The position numbers were made by a program, and so were the translations under genes. Below, piece by piece: positions 12,762 to 25,975 of a DNA stretch of 64,000 nt. The number at the start of each line of letters is the position of its first letter. Positions within the stretch are counted from its first letter, which is position 1. The stretch is taken from positions 8,556,001-8,620,000 of the forward strand of contig CM059452.1 in the NCBI GenBank assembly GCA_030390025.1, read 5' to 3'. This stretch comes from Squalus acanthias. Its lineage: Eukaryota. A model generated the notes under the pieces. It was not told the origin of the DNA and did not search any database. It saw nothing but the letters and a program-made list of their open reading frames with translations.

Positions 12762-12940
12762 TGCGGAGATGCCGGTGTTGGACTGGGGTGGACAAAAGTG
12801 AGAAGTCGCACAACACCAGGTTATAGTCCAACAGCTTTATTTGAAATCACAAGCTTTCGGAGCGCTGCTCCTTCACCTGACGAAGGAGCAGCGCTCCGAA
12901 AGCTTGTGATTTCAAATAAAGCTGTTGGACTATAACCTGG
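12762..12940. mobile_element. Miniature Penelope-like element (inverted pseudo-LTR only)
   Basis: Same terminus as 15972 and 47928; 59-bp inverted arms at 12816-12874 and 12882-12940; flanked by agtaataactga. Confidence 0.8.
12872..12910 (+). ncRNA. Minimal type I hammerhead ribozyme (Penelope-associated)
   Basis: tcac-CTGACGA-aggagc agc gctcc-GAAA-gc-TT-gtga. Confidence 0.7.
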
Positions 12941-15900
12941 AGTAATAACTGAGACAGTGCCTTGTGTAATATAAACAGAGATAGAGCCTAGTGCATTTAT
13001 AACTGAGACAGGGTCTAGTGTAATATAAACCGAGATATAGTCTAGTGCAGTAATAACTCAGACAGGGCCTAGTGTAATATAAACAGAGACAGGGTCTAGT
13101 GTAATATAAAGAGAGACAGGGTCTAGTGTAATATAAACAGCGACAGGGTCTAGTTTAGTATAAACAGAGACAGGGTCTAGTGTAATATAAACAGAGACAG
13201 GGTCTAGTGTAATATAAACAGAGACAGGGTCTAGTGTAATATAAACAGAGACAGGGCCAAGTGTAATATAAATAGAGATAGGGTTCAGTGTAATCTAAAC
13301 AGAGACAGGGTCTAGTGTAATATAAACAGAGACAGGGTCCAGTGTAATATAAACAGAGACAGTGTCTAGTGTAATATAAAGAGAGACAGGGCCTAGTGTA
13401 ATATACACAGAGAAACGGTCTAGTGTAACATAAACAGAGACAGGGTATATTTCAGTAATAGCAGAGACAGGGCCGAGTGTACTATAAACAGATATAGAGT
13501 CGAGCGCAGTAATAACTGAGAGAGTGTCTAGTGTAATATAAACAGAGACAGGGCCTAGTGTAATATAAACAGAGACAGGGTCTAGTGTAATATTAACAGA
13601 GACAGAGTCTAGTGTAATATAAACAGAGACAGGGCCTAGTGTAATATAAACAGAGACATGGTCTAGTGTAATATAAACAGAGACAGGGTCTAGTGTAATA
13701 TAAACAGAGACAGGGTCTAGTTTAGTATAAACAGAGACAGGGCCTAGTGTAATATAAACAGAGACAGGGTCTAGTGTAATATAAACAGAGACAGGGTCTA
13801 GTTTAGTGTAAACAGAGACAGGGTCCAGTGTAATATAAACAGAGACAGGGTCTAGTTTAGTATAAACAGAGACAATGCCAAGTGTAATATAAATAGAGAT
13901 AGGGTTCGGTGTAATATAAACAGAGACAGGTCCTAGTGTAATATAAACAGAGACACGGTCTAGTGCAGTAATAACAGGGACACGGTCTAGAGTAATATGA
14001 ACAAGGAAACGGTCTAGTTCAGTAAAAACGGAGATAGGGCCGAGTGTTATTTAAACAGAGACAGTGCCTTGTGCAGTTATAACTGAGACAGGGCCTAGTG
14101 TAACACAAACCAAGACAGGGCCTAGTGCATTAATAACTGAGACCGGGGCCTAGTGTAATATAAACTGAGACAGGGTCTAGTGCAGTAATAACTGGCGCAG
14201 TGCTTAGCATAATACAAATAAAGACAGGGTATATTCCAGTAATAATTGAGACAGTGTCTATTGTAATACAAATACAGATATGGGCTAGTACAGTAATATA
14301 AGTGACAGGATGTAATGTAACATAAACAGAGACAGAGACTACTGCAGTAGTAACTGAGATGGGGCCAAGTGTAATATAAACAGAGACATGGTCTAGCGGA
14401 GTAATAACTAAGACAGTGCCTAGCGGAATATAAAAATGACAGGGCCGAATGTAGTAATAGCAGAGACATGGCCTAGTGTAATATAAACAGAGAGAGGGCC
14501 TAGTGTAATATAAACAGAGACAGGTTCTAGTGTAATATAAACAGAGAGAGGGCCTAGTGTAATATAAACAGAGACAGGTTCTAGTGTAATATAAACAGAG
14601 ACAGGGTCTAGTGTGATATAAACAGAGACAGGGCCTAGTGTAATATAAACAAAGACAGGGTCTAGTGTAATATAAACAGTGACAGGGTCTAGTGTAATAT
14701 AAACAGAGACAGGGTCTAGTGTAATATAAATAGAGACAGGTTCTAGTGTAGTAATAACTGAGACAGGGTTTAGTGTAATATAAACAGAGAGAGGGTCTAG
14801 TGTAATATAAACAGAGACAGGGCCTAGTGTAATATAAACAGAGACAGGGTCTAGTGTAATATAAACAGAGACACGGTCTAGTGTAATATAAACAAAGACA
14901 GGGTCTAGTGTAATATAAACAGTGACAGGGTCTAGTGTAATATAAACAGAGACAGGGTCTAGTGTAATATAAACAGAGACACGGTCTAGTGTAATATAAA
15001 CAAAGACAGGGTCTAGTGTAATATAAACAGAGACAGGGCCTAGTGTAATATAAACAGAGACAGGGCCTAGTGTAATATAAAAAGAGACAGGGTCTCGTGT
15101 AATATAAACAGAGACAGGGTCTAGTGTAATATAAACAGAGACAGGGTCTAGTTTAATATTAACAGAGACAGGGTCTAGTGTAATATAAACAGAGACAGGG
15201 GCTAGTGTAATATAAACCGAGACAGGGTCTAGTGCAGTAATAACAAAGACAGAATCTAGTGTAACATAATCAGAGTCAGGGTCCAGTGCAGCAATAACGG
15301 AGACATGGTCTAGTGTAATATAAACAGAGACAGTGTCTAGTGTAATATAAACAGAGACAGTGTCTAGTGCAGTTATAACTGAGACAGGGCCTAGTGTAAT
15401 ATAAATGGACATGCCCTGGTGCATTAATAATTGAGACAGGGCCTAGTGTAACACAAACGGAGACAGGGTATAGTGCAATAATTACTGAGACGGGGCCGAG
15501 TGTAATATAAACAGAGACAGGGCCTATTGTAATATAAGGAGTCATGTCCTGTGCAGTAATAACTGAGGCAATGCCTCGTGTAATCTAAACAGAGATTGGT
15601 CCATTGCAATTATAAATGAGACAGGATCTAGTGTAATATAAACAGAGACTGCGTCTTGTAGTAATAACTGAGACAGGGCCAATGTAATATAAACAGAGAC
15701 AAGGTCTAGTGCAGTAATAACTGAGACAGGACCTAGTGCAATATAAATAGAGACATGGTCTAGTGTAATATAAACAGAGACAGGGCCTAGTGTAATATAA
15801 ACAGAGACATGGTCTAATGCAGTAATAACTGAGACAAGGCCTAGTGTAATATAAACAGAGACTGGGTCTTGTAGTAGTAACTGAGACAGGGCCAATGTAA

Positions 15901-16057
15901 TATAAACTGAGACAAGATCTAGTGCAGTAATAACTGAGAAAGGGCCTAGTGTAATATAAGTAGAGGTCATGATGCGGAGATGCCGGTGTTGGAATGGGGT
16001 GGACAAAATTGAGAGGTCGCACAACACCAGGTTATAGTCCAACAGTTTTATTTTAAA

Positions 16058-16097
16058 TCACAAGCTTTCGGAGTTACAACTCCTTCTTCAGGTGAAG
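16058..16097 (-). ncRNA. Minimal hammerhead ribozyme in inverted pLTR
   Basis: Reverse complement reads ttcacCTGAAGAaggagttgtaactccGAAAgcTTgtga. Confidence 0.65.
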
Positions 16098-16411
16098 TGA
16101 GGAGATACAGAATCGTCAAAGCATATATAGATCGAGAACAATGCATGTGTAACTTACAATTGCAGACAACTGAATTCAATCATCCTGACTGTTTATCTGT
16201 CGAGGTGTGATAAAGTTAATCAGGTCAGCCAGGAAGGTACCACATCAAAGACATAGCAAGATACAACTGAGACAATGAGGTGGAATCGCATGGGGTCTAA
16301 CGTGTCAAAAGCTGCCGTCTGTATGTAAAACGATTAACTTTAAAATTTTTACTTTTTTACTGGGACTCAAGTACTGGGACCCTAGGGCTCAAGTTCTGCC
16401 CAACCACCAAA

Positions 16412-18554
16412 ATGGACCCCATCGGTCTCGCGGCAGACACGGAGGAATTCATCAGGAGAATGAGGCTCCGGGAATACTTCCACAAATCCCAAGATGTCAG
16501 CAACAAACCCAATGAGACAATCAATGATCCAGAACAGCAGACAGAGGGACTCGCAGTGCAGCAACCGAAGAAAAAAGAGTCAAACTGGACCCCTCCAGAG
16601 GGTCGCTGCCCCAAGCTTGACATGTATGCTCAAGCTATCAGGAGATGCATCAACGCCAGATTCATCAGCCGCACTCACAAGACAGTCCAGAATGTCACCC
16701 GAGCACAACGCAATGCCATCCACGCTCTCAAGACCAACCGCAACATCGTCATCAAACCAGCGGACAAAGGAGGAGCCATCGTCATACAGAACAGAACGGA
16801 CTATTGTAAAGAAGCATACCAACAACTGGACAACCAGGAACACTACAGACAGCTACCCGCAGATCCGACCAAAGAACACACCCGCCAACTCAATAGACTG
16901 ATCAAGACCTTCGATCCAGACCTTCAAAACATCCTACGCGCTCTCATCCCACGTACTCCCCGCGTGGGAAACTTCTACTGCCTCCCAAAGATACACAAAT
17001 CCAACACACCCGGACGTCCTATCGTCAGGCAACGGAACCCTGTGTGAGAACCTCTCTGGATACGTCGAGGGCATTCTGAAACCCATCGTACAGGGAACCC
17101 CCAGCTTCTGTCGCGACACTACAGACTTCTTACAGAAACTCAGCACCCACGGACCAGTTGAACCAGGAACACTCCTCGCCACGATGGACGTATCGGCACT
17201 CTACACCAGTATCCCCCACGATGACGGCATCGCTGCGACAGCCTCAGTACTCAACACCAACAACAGCCAATCTCCAGACGCCATCCTACAACTCATCCGC
17301 TTCATCCTTGACCACAATGTCTTCACCTTCGACAACCATTTTTTTACCCAAACACACGGAACAGCCATGGGGACCAAATTCGCACCCCAATACGCCAACA
17401 TCTTCATGCACAAGTTCGAGCAAGACTTCTTCACTGCACAGGACCTCCAGCCAACGCTGTACACCAGATACATCGACGACATTTTCTTCCTTTGGACCCA
17501 TGGCGAAGGATCACTGAAAAGACTACACGATAACATAAACAAGTTCCATCCCACCATCAAACTCACCATGGACTACTCCTCAGAATCGGTTTCATTCCTG
17601 GACACACGAATCTCCATCAAAGACGGACACCTCAGCACTTCACTCTACCCCAAGCCCACGGACAACCTCACGATGCTCCACTTCTCCAGCTTCCACCCTA
17701 ACCACGTTAAAGAAGCCATCCCCTATGGACAAGCCCTGCGAATACACAGGATCTGCTCAGACGAGGAGGAACGCGAGGGACACATATGGACGCTGAAAAA
17801 CGCCCTCGTAAGAACGGGATATGACGCTCGACTCATCGATCGACAGTTCCGACGGGCCACAGCGAAAAATCGCATAGACCTCCTCAGAAGGCAAACACGG
17901 GACACAACCAACAGGGTACCCTACGTCGTCCAGTACTTCCCCGGAGCGGAGAAACTACGCCATGTTCTTCGCAGCCTTCAACATGTCATCGATGACGACA
18001 AACACCTCGCTAAGGCCATCCCCACGCCTCCACTACTTGCCTTCAAACAGCCGCCTAACCTCAGAAGTACCATCATTCGCAGCAAATTACCCAGCTTTCA
18101 GGATAACAGCGACCACGACACCACACAACCCTGCCACGGCAAACTCTGCAAGACATGCCAGATCATCAACACAGATACCATCATCACACGTGAGGACACT
18201 ACCCACCAGGTACATGGTACATACTCATGTGACTCGGCCAACGTTGTCTACCTCATACGTTGCAGGAAAGAATGCACCGCGGCATGGTACATCGGCGAGA
18301 CCATGCAGACACTGAGACAACGTATGAACGAGCACCGCGCAACAATCGCCAGGCAGGATTGTTACCTCCCAGTCGGGGAACACTTCAGCAGTCAAGGACA
18401 TTCAGCCTCGGATCTGCGGGTAAGCGTTCTCCAAGGTGGCCTTAGGAAAACACGACAACGCAAAATCATCGAGCAGAAACTGATAGCCAAGTTCCGCACT
18501 CATGAAGACGGTCTCAATCGGGATCTTGGATTTATGTCACGATACATGACGTGA
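16412..18554 (+). pseudogene. Penelope ORF (RT/GIY-YIG), 5' truncated, frameshift near 17027
   Basis: ORFs 16412-17047 and 17184-18554 are consecutive parts of one protein. Confidence 0.85.
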
Positions 18555-18863
18555 TCCGGACTCGAGTCGTCGTTGGCTTGTTCACAGATGTGATTCCCAG
18601 TAAAAAAGTAAAAATTTTAAAGTTAATCGTTTTACATACAGACGGCAGCTTTTGACACGTTAGACCCCATGCGATTCCACCTCATTGTCTCAGTTGTATC
18701 TTGCTATGTCTTTGATGTGGTACCTTCCTGGCTGACCTGATTAACTTTATCACACCTCGGCAGATAAACAGACAGGATGATTGAATTCAGTTGTCTGCAA
18801 TTATAAGTTACACATGCATTGTTCTCGATCTATATATGCTTTGACGATTCTGTATCTCCTCAC

Positions 18864-18903
18864 TTCACCTGAAGAAGGAGTTGTAAATCCGAAAGCTTGT
18901 GAT
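18864..18903 (+). ncRNA. Minimal hammerhead ribozyme in Penelope 3' region
   Basis: ttcacCTGAAGAaggagttgtaaatccGAAAgcTTgtga. Confidence 0.62.
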
Positions 18904-19251
18904 TTAAAATAAAACTGTTGGACTATAACCTGGTGTTGTGCGACCTCTCAATAATATAAATAGAGACAGTGTCTAGTGCAGTAATAACTGAGACAAGGCC
19001 TAGTGTAATATAAACAGAGACATAGTGTAGTGCAGTAATAACTGAGAGAGGGCCCAGTGTATGATCTACGCAACTGTCTGTTTATGACACACTGAGGAAA
19101 TATTTTGGATTGAGGAATTGTTATCCTCCCTCATTGGACCTCCCAGTGACTTTCGGCCGTGAAATACAGTGACACCGAGAGTTCGCTGTCAGTCTGCCTG
19201 TGCCGTAAGACCTGCAGTTTATGTGTGGATCTTGCAATAAAGCGATCGACT

Positions 19252-19400
19252 AGTGCGGTGTTAAGACACAGAAGTATTTCCTGGAATCCCCAGCTGTCAC
19301 CTGTGTAACCGTTAAACTGACGGCTCTGTAAGTGTTGGCCAAAGATGACGTGCTGTAGCGCCATCCAGTGGCGAAAGGAGGTAACTGGAATCCTGTCTGT
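19252..19400 (-). pseudogene. Degenerate V remnant (FR3 only)
   Basis: ..RYSTSSLANTYRAVSLTVTQVTAGDSRKYFCVL followed by a decayed RSS-like sequence ending ACATAAACT. Confidence 0.45.
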
Positions 19401-19459
19401 GAAACATTGTTTCTCAATTTATTGATGAATACTGCTACGTGATTATACAGGATTATTAT

Positions 19460-19690
19460 TATGCGAAAATAACAACAGAAAACGCTGGAAAAACTCAGCA
19501 GGCCAGGCAGCATCCGTGGAGAGAGAAACAGAGTTAACGTTTCAGGTCGAAGACCTTTCGTCAGAACTGGAAAAAAGAAGGAAATGGAATAGATTTAAAG
19601 GCAGGTTTAGGGGCTGGGAAATGGGGGAGGGGATGAAAGAACAAAAGGGAAGGTCAGTGATAGGATAGAAAGCAGAAGAGATTAAGAGAC
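19460..19690 (-). mobile_element. Penelope-derived short element (second family) with hammerhead at 19532-19568
   Basis: Reverse complement reads agttCTGACGAaaggtcttcgacctGAAAcgTTaact; same family at 26099 and 46394-46880. Confidence 0.7.
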
Positions 19691-20014
19691 ATTGAGAGAC
19701 TATTGCTGAGATTTCATGTCTCAGTTTTCTGGCTTGTCCAAGTCACTAACAGAATACCTGTTCATTTGCTTAAACTAGATGAACTTCACGTTAATAATTC
19801 CACAATTGGTAATTTCAGATTGTTAATTTCGTAAAAATTGAAGTTTTTCTACATTTCTAATCATCCAATATGGAGATCAATCACAATTCAGTAACTCCAT
19901 GAATCAAAGATGATTCATATTTTGCTGCGGAGGATTAATCTGAATGTTGAATCAAAACTATATATATTCCTCATCAAGGTCATTTTTTAGCAATATTGCG
20001 CATCAAACACTCCC

Positions 20015-20700
20015 AGTCAGGAACAACATAGGTTAGATACAGAGTAAAGCTCCCTCTACACTGTCCCATCAAACATTCCCTCGGCAGGTACAGCACGGGT
20101 TAGATACAGAGCAAAGCTCCCTCTACACTGTCCCATCAAACACTCCCAGGGCAGGTACAGCATGGGTTGGTTCCAGAGTAAAGCTCCCTCTACACTGTCC
20201 CATCAAACACTCCCAGGGCAGGTACAGCACGGGTTAGATACAGAATAAAGCTCCCTCTACACTGTCCCATCAAACACTCCCAGGTCAGGTACTGCACGGG
20301 TTAGATACAGAGTAAAGCTCCCTCTGCACTGTTCCATCAAACACTCCCAGGGCAGGTACAGCACGGGTGAAATACAGTGTAAAGCTCCCTCTGCACTGTT
20401 CCGTCAAACACTCCCAGGGCAGGTACAGCACGGGTTAGATACAGAGTAAAGCTCCCTTTACACTGTCCCATCAAACACTCCCGGGGCAGGTACAGCTCGG
20501 GTGAGATACAGAGTAAAGCTCCTTCTACACTGTCCCATCAAACACTCCCAGGGCAGGTACAGCACGGGTTAGATACAGAGTAAAGCTCCCTCTACACTGT
20601 CCCATCAAACACTCCCAGGGCAGGTACAGCACGGGTTAGATACAGAGTAAAGATTCCACTACATTGTCCAATTAAACATTCCCAGGGAAGGGACAGGACG
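20015..20700. repeat. 67-bp tandem repeat, ~10 copies (also 33378-33625)
   Basis: Unit cccatcaaacactcccagggcaggtacagcacgggttagatacagagtaaagctccctctacactgt. Confidence 0.95.
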
Positions 20701-20962
20701 GGAGAGATAATCGAATTTCCGGCAGGATCAGGACCGATTATGGTGAAATTGTGAAAAAATGAACTTGTGTTTCCAAATAAACAATACATCTTGTTTTTAT
20801 TCCATTAAATGGCTCTGATGATGTACTTTACTCATTTTAATTACCTTGTTACTGATTGTACTTGTATCGCTCTCGCTTCTGAAACCCGTGGGCAGGGAGT
20901 CTCCTCGCTCCCCGGGATGAGTGAGTTCTTGTCCAGGCTCCTCACCTCTTTGTTTCACCGTG

Positions 20963-21243
20963 TCTCACCGCACTGTAATACAGCGCGGCCTCTGACAGGC
21001 GAGCCGTGTTAACGGTGAGAGTGATGGAGCCTTTCTCATGATCCACAGAAACATTAAACCTGCCCTCAACTCTTTCTTCTGTGAATGTGGAGCTGAGATA
21101 CTCGGGAGCCTGATTGTAGAACTGCCGGTACCAGAATACGAAATCATTTGGAGCGAAAGTAGCTTTGTGATGAAGCGAAATGGTTTGTCCTTCGGTTCCC
21201 GGATAAACCGATATTTGGAATGTCTCCGAGTGACAAGGAGCAG
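20963..21243 (-). pseudogene. TCR V exon, open frame but both canonical Cys lost; leader probably in the assembly gap
   Basis: ISLHHKAT..FWYRQ..AALYYSAVR; RSS CACGGTG-23-ACAAGAACT at 20924-20962. Confidence 0.75.
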
Positions 21244-21314
21244 CTGCCAAACCAAGAACAAGAATTAACATAATGATACATGCAAGGAGAATGAAACAAA
21301 GTGAGTGGATACAG

Positions 21315-21681
21315 NNNNNNNNNNNNNNNNNNNNNNNNNNNNNNNNNNNNNNNNNNNNNNNNNNNNNNNNNNNNNNNNNNNNNNNNNNNNNNNNNNNNNN
21401 NNNNNNNNNNNNNNNNNNNNNNNNNNNNNNNNNNNNNNNNNNNNNNNNNNNNNNNNNNNNNNNNNNNNNNNNNNNNNNNNNNNNNNNNNNNNNNNNNNNN
21501 NNNNNNNNNNNNNNNNNNNNNNNNNNNNNNNNNNNNNNNNNNNNNNNNNNNNNNNNNNNNNNNNNNNNNNNNNNNNNNNNNNNNNNNNNNNNNNNNNNNN
21601 NNNNNNNNNNNNNNNNNNNNNNNNNNNNNNNNNNNNNNNNNNNNNNNNNNNNNNNNNNNNNNNNNNNNNNNNNNNNNNNNN
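21315..21681. other. Assembly gap
   Basis: Run of N. Confidence 1.
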
Positions 21682-21939
21682 GTCCATCTATTTACTCTGT
21701 ATTTTGTACAACCAAACATAGAAAATCTTAGTTAATATGTTTCGATTCACTGTATCTGTACTTATCGTTAAAATATGTTGTAACTTTATCCAGATGGAAG
21801 TTTGAACACGGGAAACTAACATTTCTGACTGTCACCGGCATTTCTAAAGTACTTGATTTGAGGAAAGGTTAAGGGTGCAGCGGAGACTCGGCAGCGAACA
21901 GGATATTGTGCAGCTGGAGCCGCTCTTTGTCTCACTGTG

Positions 21940-22367
21940 TCTCCACCGCACAGTGATACACTCCGGCGTCTCTGGCCGAGGTGCCGTCTATAGAGATGGT
22001 GTTGGACTTCTTCACTCGGTCAAAGGAGAGTTTGTAGCGTCCTGTAGTCTTATTCCCCTCGAATATGGAACTGATAAATGTCGGCGCCCCAGTCAGTGCT
22101 TGTCTGTACCAGGCTACGGTATCCCCAGTACCAACGGAGAGCCGGCAGTCCAGTTCAGCCCGTTCCCCTTCCCGAGACACCACCTGCTCAGCGGGTGAGA
22201 TCCGATCCTCACACCGAACGGCTGTGAACAAAACAAACTCACTCAACAACCACAAGCTATTAAGAGATGAATGAAACAAGGCGTCTGAGCTGATAAATGA
22301 ACTCACACAACATCAACAGCACCAGGGCTCCAACTGGAAACAGGACTTTGCCGAGGTTCCTGTTCAT
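21940..22367 (-). CDS. TCR alpha/delta V segment (leader 22307-22367, V exon 21940-22221)
   Basis: Leader MNRNLGKVLFPVGALVLLML|gtgagt; EDRISP..LDC..WYRQ..DAGVYHCAVE; RSS CACAGTG-23-ACAATATCC; CRE tgacgtca at ~22546 upstream. Confidence 0.85.
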
Positions 22368-23574
22368 GACGATGAAGATGGACAAAAGGCGGATCAATCA
22401 GGGTCTGATTTCCAGACTAGACCTTGCTGCCGAGTCCCGGACTTTCAATGGTTGGGAGAGGAAGGAGAGGGGAGAGCTTCACTTTCACTCCGTGCAGTGT
22501 GGGACTGATGGGCGACATTCTCACCAATCGGCCTATGTTGTCCCCTGACGTCATTCACAGTCCCACTCGGGGATTGGTTGTCTCTCAAACCAGAGACCCC
22601 TTAAATCGTCACTGGGAAGGAATTCCACTGGTAGCTGTGTGTAACGACAGATTAAATTGTTCAGGAAGATTTGATCTCTGTCGTATTTCTATCTCAAATG
22701 GTCATCGTGGTCTTAGAATCATAGAATTTTACAGCATCATCAACTTCTTCCAAACTTTCTGTATCTGAACCCCTAAATCTTTCTCCTTCTTTACTCCTTT
22801 AAATTAATATTTACCTCATATTTCCTTCTCTTATCCGTCCTCTTTATAGTTACCGTGACGTCCGCCCGGCCTTTGGTCTCGATGCTTTCGTTGTATAAGA
22901 CAAACAGAAGCGGAAATTTTTGACTGTCCTTTCAGTCCGATATCAATGTGAAAGCTCCTGACAGACAGGCGCGCCACCTGGTGGTGGCTTTGGGTAAATG
23001 CGTATTTGTCGAATTTGTCAGACTGAGTATTCACTCTCTGAATTATTTGTATTTTGTTCCTATTTACTTTACTGTGAACAGGATGTTTACTGCAGGAGAA
23101 ATTAAACCACCACGGAGCTAAATATTGTAGTAACTTCCATTTTCATTTATTTCATTTGAAGTGACACTAAATAATAAAACTGAAAACGCCGTAAAATGTT
23201 ATTTTTTTTTTAATTCCTTCTCTGGATGTCGGCGTCGCTGGCAAGGCCGGCATTTATTGACCATCCCTAGTTGTCCTGACGACTGTCTGTAGCTTCCTAA
23301 GTGAGTATTTAATAATATGACACCACCATCTTTGATGTATCCCAGTGAAATCCCGGTTGCTGGGTAGCCCAGTCCCTCAGGGATTCCTACAAGTGCGTCC
23401 ACTTAAAGTGGCGACACCATTAACCCTTTCTTTAACCCTGTAGACCTTTGTCAGGTGACATTAAATGGCAATACTGCAATTCTGAATGTTTGTTTTCTAA
23501 AGGGAGACCCAAGATGGTGAAGTTAAAAGTCCTGATCTCGATGATTGAGACCGACAAGACTTATTGTACAGGAT

Positions 23575-23826
23575 GTCTCACCGTTACCCCGGAGTCTGGA
23601 GCCGCGGTTTCCCGCACACCGAAAATGAAATCGAACCCTCCGCTCCCGTCGGTTGTATTACCCTGATAGGCGGAGATTGGGAATTCCGGTGCCCGGCCCT
23701 GTATTTGCCGGTACCACAAAATCCTATCGCTGCTCCTGGTGGTCGCACCGCACCGGATTTGAACCGATTGTCCCTCCACCGCCGTCACCTGCTCGGTTTG
23801 GGAATCCCCTCCTCACCACGGACCCC
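23575..23826 (-). pseudogene. TCR V pseudogene
   Basis: AVEGQSVQIRC..LWYRQ; frameshift near the exon start, FR3 deletion, no YYC, no intact RSS. Confidence 0.75.
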
Positions 23827-25470
23827 TGCTAATACAAGACAAACATGCAACACGCTCAATAGGTTTATTTTACAATCCCAATCTTCATTCAGAATAGTCA
23901 AATGACAATAAAAAGGTGTCGGTGGCAAGTCGATGCATCGTATTTCAGGGTATTGGTTCTGAAATTCTGTGGATGTCGGCGTCGCTGGCAAGGCGTCTGT
24001 ATCACTAATCAATTCGATAACGGATTTTTTAATTTGTCAGCGACTGGCAAAGGCTGCCGCCTCTTATATCTTTGTTCCGCAGCATCCAATTATCAGACGG
24101 CTGACGTGTTTCTCACCGACACAGCCGATATTCGGGCTGGTTGGACTTTGTTAACGTCAAAAGCGATTGGTGTCTGTTCACCCTGGTGGGGGAAATCGGG
24201 TCCTTGAAATGACTCCGAAGCCAACCTTTCACCCTCTGGGACTCTGTGTTCAAATGCAGCCTAGACAATAGGGATGGAGGCCTCCTTTTCTGGTGGGGTG
24301 ACTGGGGAGAGCAGTTTGTCAGACAGATTAATTGATAATGTACCCGGGGCTACAGAATACAAGGAAGAACTGAACATTAGCGGTCCCGTTGAATGGACTC
24401 ACCCACCGAGAGAGAGAAATACAGACGATTATGGTCGATTAAATTTAATCTAGAAAAAGTGTGAAGTATTGTCCATGAGAAGGGACAATGAAGAACATAC
24501 ATACCTCATGAGTAGTGTTGAAATAGCTAAGTGTGAATTTAAAAGGGTGCTGGGAGTGTAAAGGGCCCACATGTGCAGGGAATGCGGTGAAGAACACATG
24601 GAATACTCGCCAGGATCTGGGGTCACTTTACAAGGGATGTTCACATTGACAGGGTCAAACGGATTTAATATCTGTTGACGCCGTTTGTTTAATTGCAGCA
24701 TTCAGCCGTACAACACACAGACAATACATGTGTGAGGAAATTACATCAATAATAATGTACCCTTTGGGAACTATGTAACTCCGATTCTCTATAAGAACTG
24801 TGTTATCCCCAGGCTCGCGAAAGGATTTGCAGTTATTAAAGCAGCTACAAGCATCTTCATCGCTGAGCTGGGATTAAACTATGGGGGTGGCAACAGATGT
24901 TGGATAATATAACAAAAGTCCAACAAATTCCGAATTGTAATTATTAATGAGAAAGGTATTTAATTCAAAACTGTCAACTGGAGGTGACAAGCTCATTTAC
25001 AGTCAAGTAATGCGTGAAATTGTGACACTGTCAGTGAATATATAAAGGAAAAAAGGAATTTCTTGTTAATTTATATTTAAAAGAATGTCAGTCTGTATTG
25101 GTTGATGCAACGTGACCGGCCGTGGGAAGCAGCTGCCTGTCAGCGCCACCTGGTGGCCGGGTTTAAGTGGTCCTCTTTGAGCTGATCTCAGAACATTGTT
25201 CACTATTTGTGCTCTCTCTGTTCTCATTTGCTTCAGGATGACGCGCCTATGCTCTGACGCATGAGCTGTACCGCTCCGCCAATCCCCATCAAAGCTGAGC
25301 CCAGAGCTTCCCTCACAGGTTCACTTTTTGAGTCCCAGAGACCCGTGTGTAACGGGCACAGTGTCTTGGTGTCGGGCCCAGATTGATACACAACAACGCT
25401 GCCTTCCCCAGGAGCTTCTCTCGGCCTGGATCTGCCGACAGTCACTTTACACAAATCGATAGGATCCGAC

Positions 25471-25975
25471 ATGAAGCTGAGCTTCACTTTAGTGATTATC
25501 TCCCTGGATTTCTTACTCACCCCTCCGTGTGAGTGTGGTCACAATCTCTGTCTATCGGGAATATTTAACATCTTATATGTATTTTTTATTGTTTATTTAT
25601 TATTATTTTATGTTATGTTATATTGTATTATATTACATTCTAAAATTATATTATATTAATTACATTGACTTAATTATATATTATATTACATACTCGTCTC
25701 AGGTGCCACTGGCAGTGAAGAGGTATTGCAGTCTCCCGAGTCAGTGGTTGTTACTGAGGGAGACACTGCATCGTTGACCTGTTCCACCACAGTCACAGGA
25801 CGGATGCTACAATGGTACAGACAATTCCCGAGGCGAACCGTGCAGCACCTGGCGACCGGTAACAGCGATCAGAGCAGGATCACGGCTCGCTTCAGTTCAG
25901 TAGAGAAGCGCAGTGCTCTGAATGTTAGCGACGCTCGAGTGACAGACACCGCCACCTATTTCTGTGCTGTGGAGA
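25471..25975 (+). CDS. TCR alpha/delta V segment, apparently functional (leader 25471-25528, V exon 25703-25975)
   Basis: Leader MKLSFTLVIISLDFLLTPP|gtgagt; EEVLQSP..LTC..WYRQ..DTATYFCAVE; RSS CACAGTG-23-ACAAAAACT at 25976-26014. Confidence 0.9.

Larger units (their letters stand above)
15972..18951 (+). mobile_element. Penelope-like retroelement (RT + GIY-YIG endonuclease) with inverted pseudo-LTR
   Basis: KPADKGG, GTAMG and RYIDD motifs, plus VVYLIRC..YIGET..GLN; ~355-bp inverted repeats at ~16010-16365 and ~18595-18951. Confidence 0.92.
10590..19060. repeat. 27-bp satellite array (~8.5 kb span, interrupted by Penelope insertions)
   Basis: Alternating variants gtgtaatataaacagagacagggtcta and gtgcagtaataactgagacagggccta. 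Confidence 0.95.

Noticed and set aside
10590-16042. Long ORFs such as 14420-15424 (VSVYITLDP repeats)
   Set aside because: Translations of a 27-bp satellite; no gene structure.
21244-21271. Apparent intronless leader MLILVLGLA on the Cys-less V
   Set aside because: The sequence is a polypyrimidine tract ending in ggcag, i.e. a normal acceptor; too short for a leader.
21144-21735. ORFs spanning N runs (also 47588-48068)
   Set aside because: Artefacts of assembly gaps.
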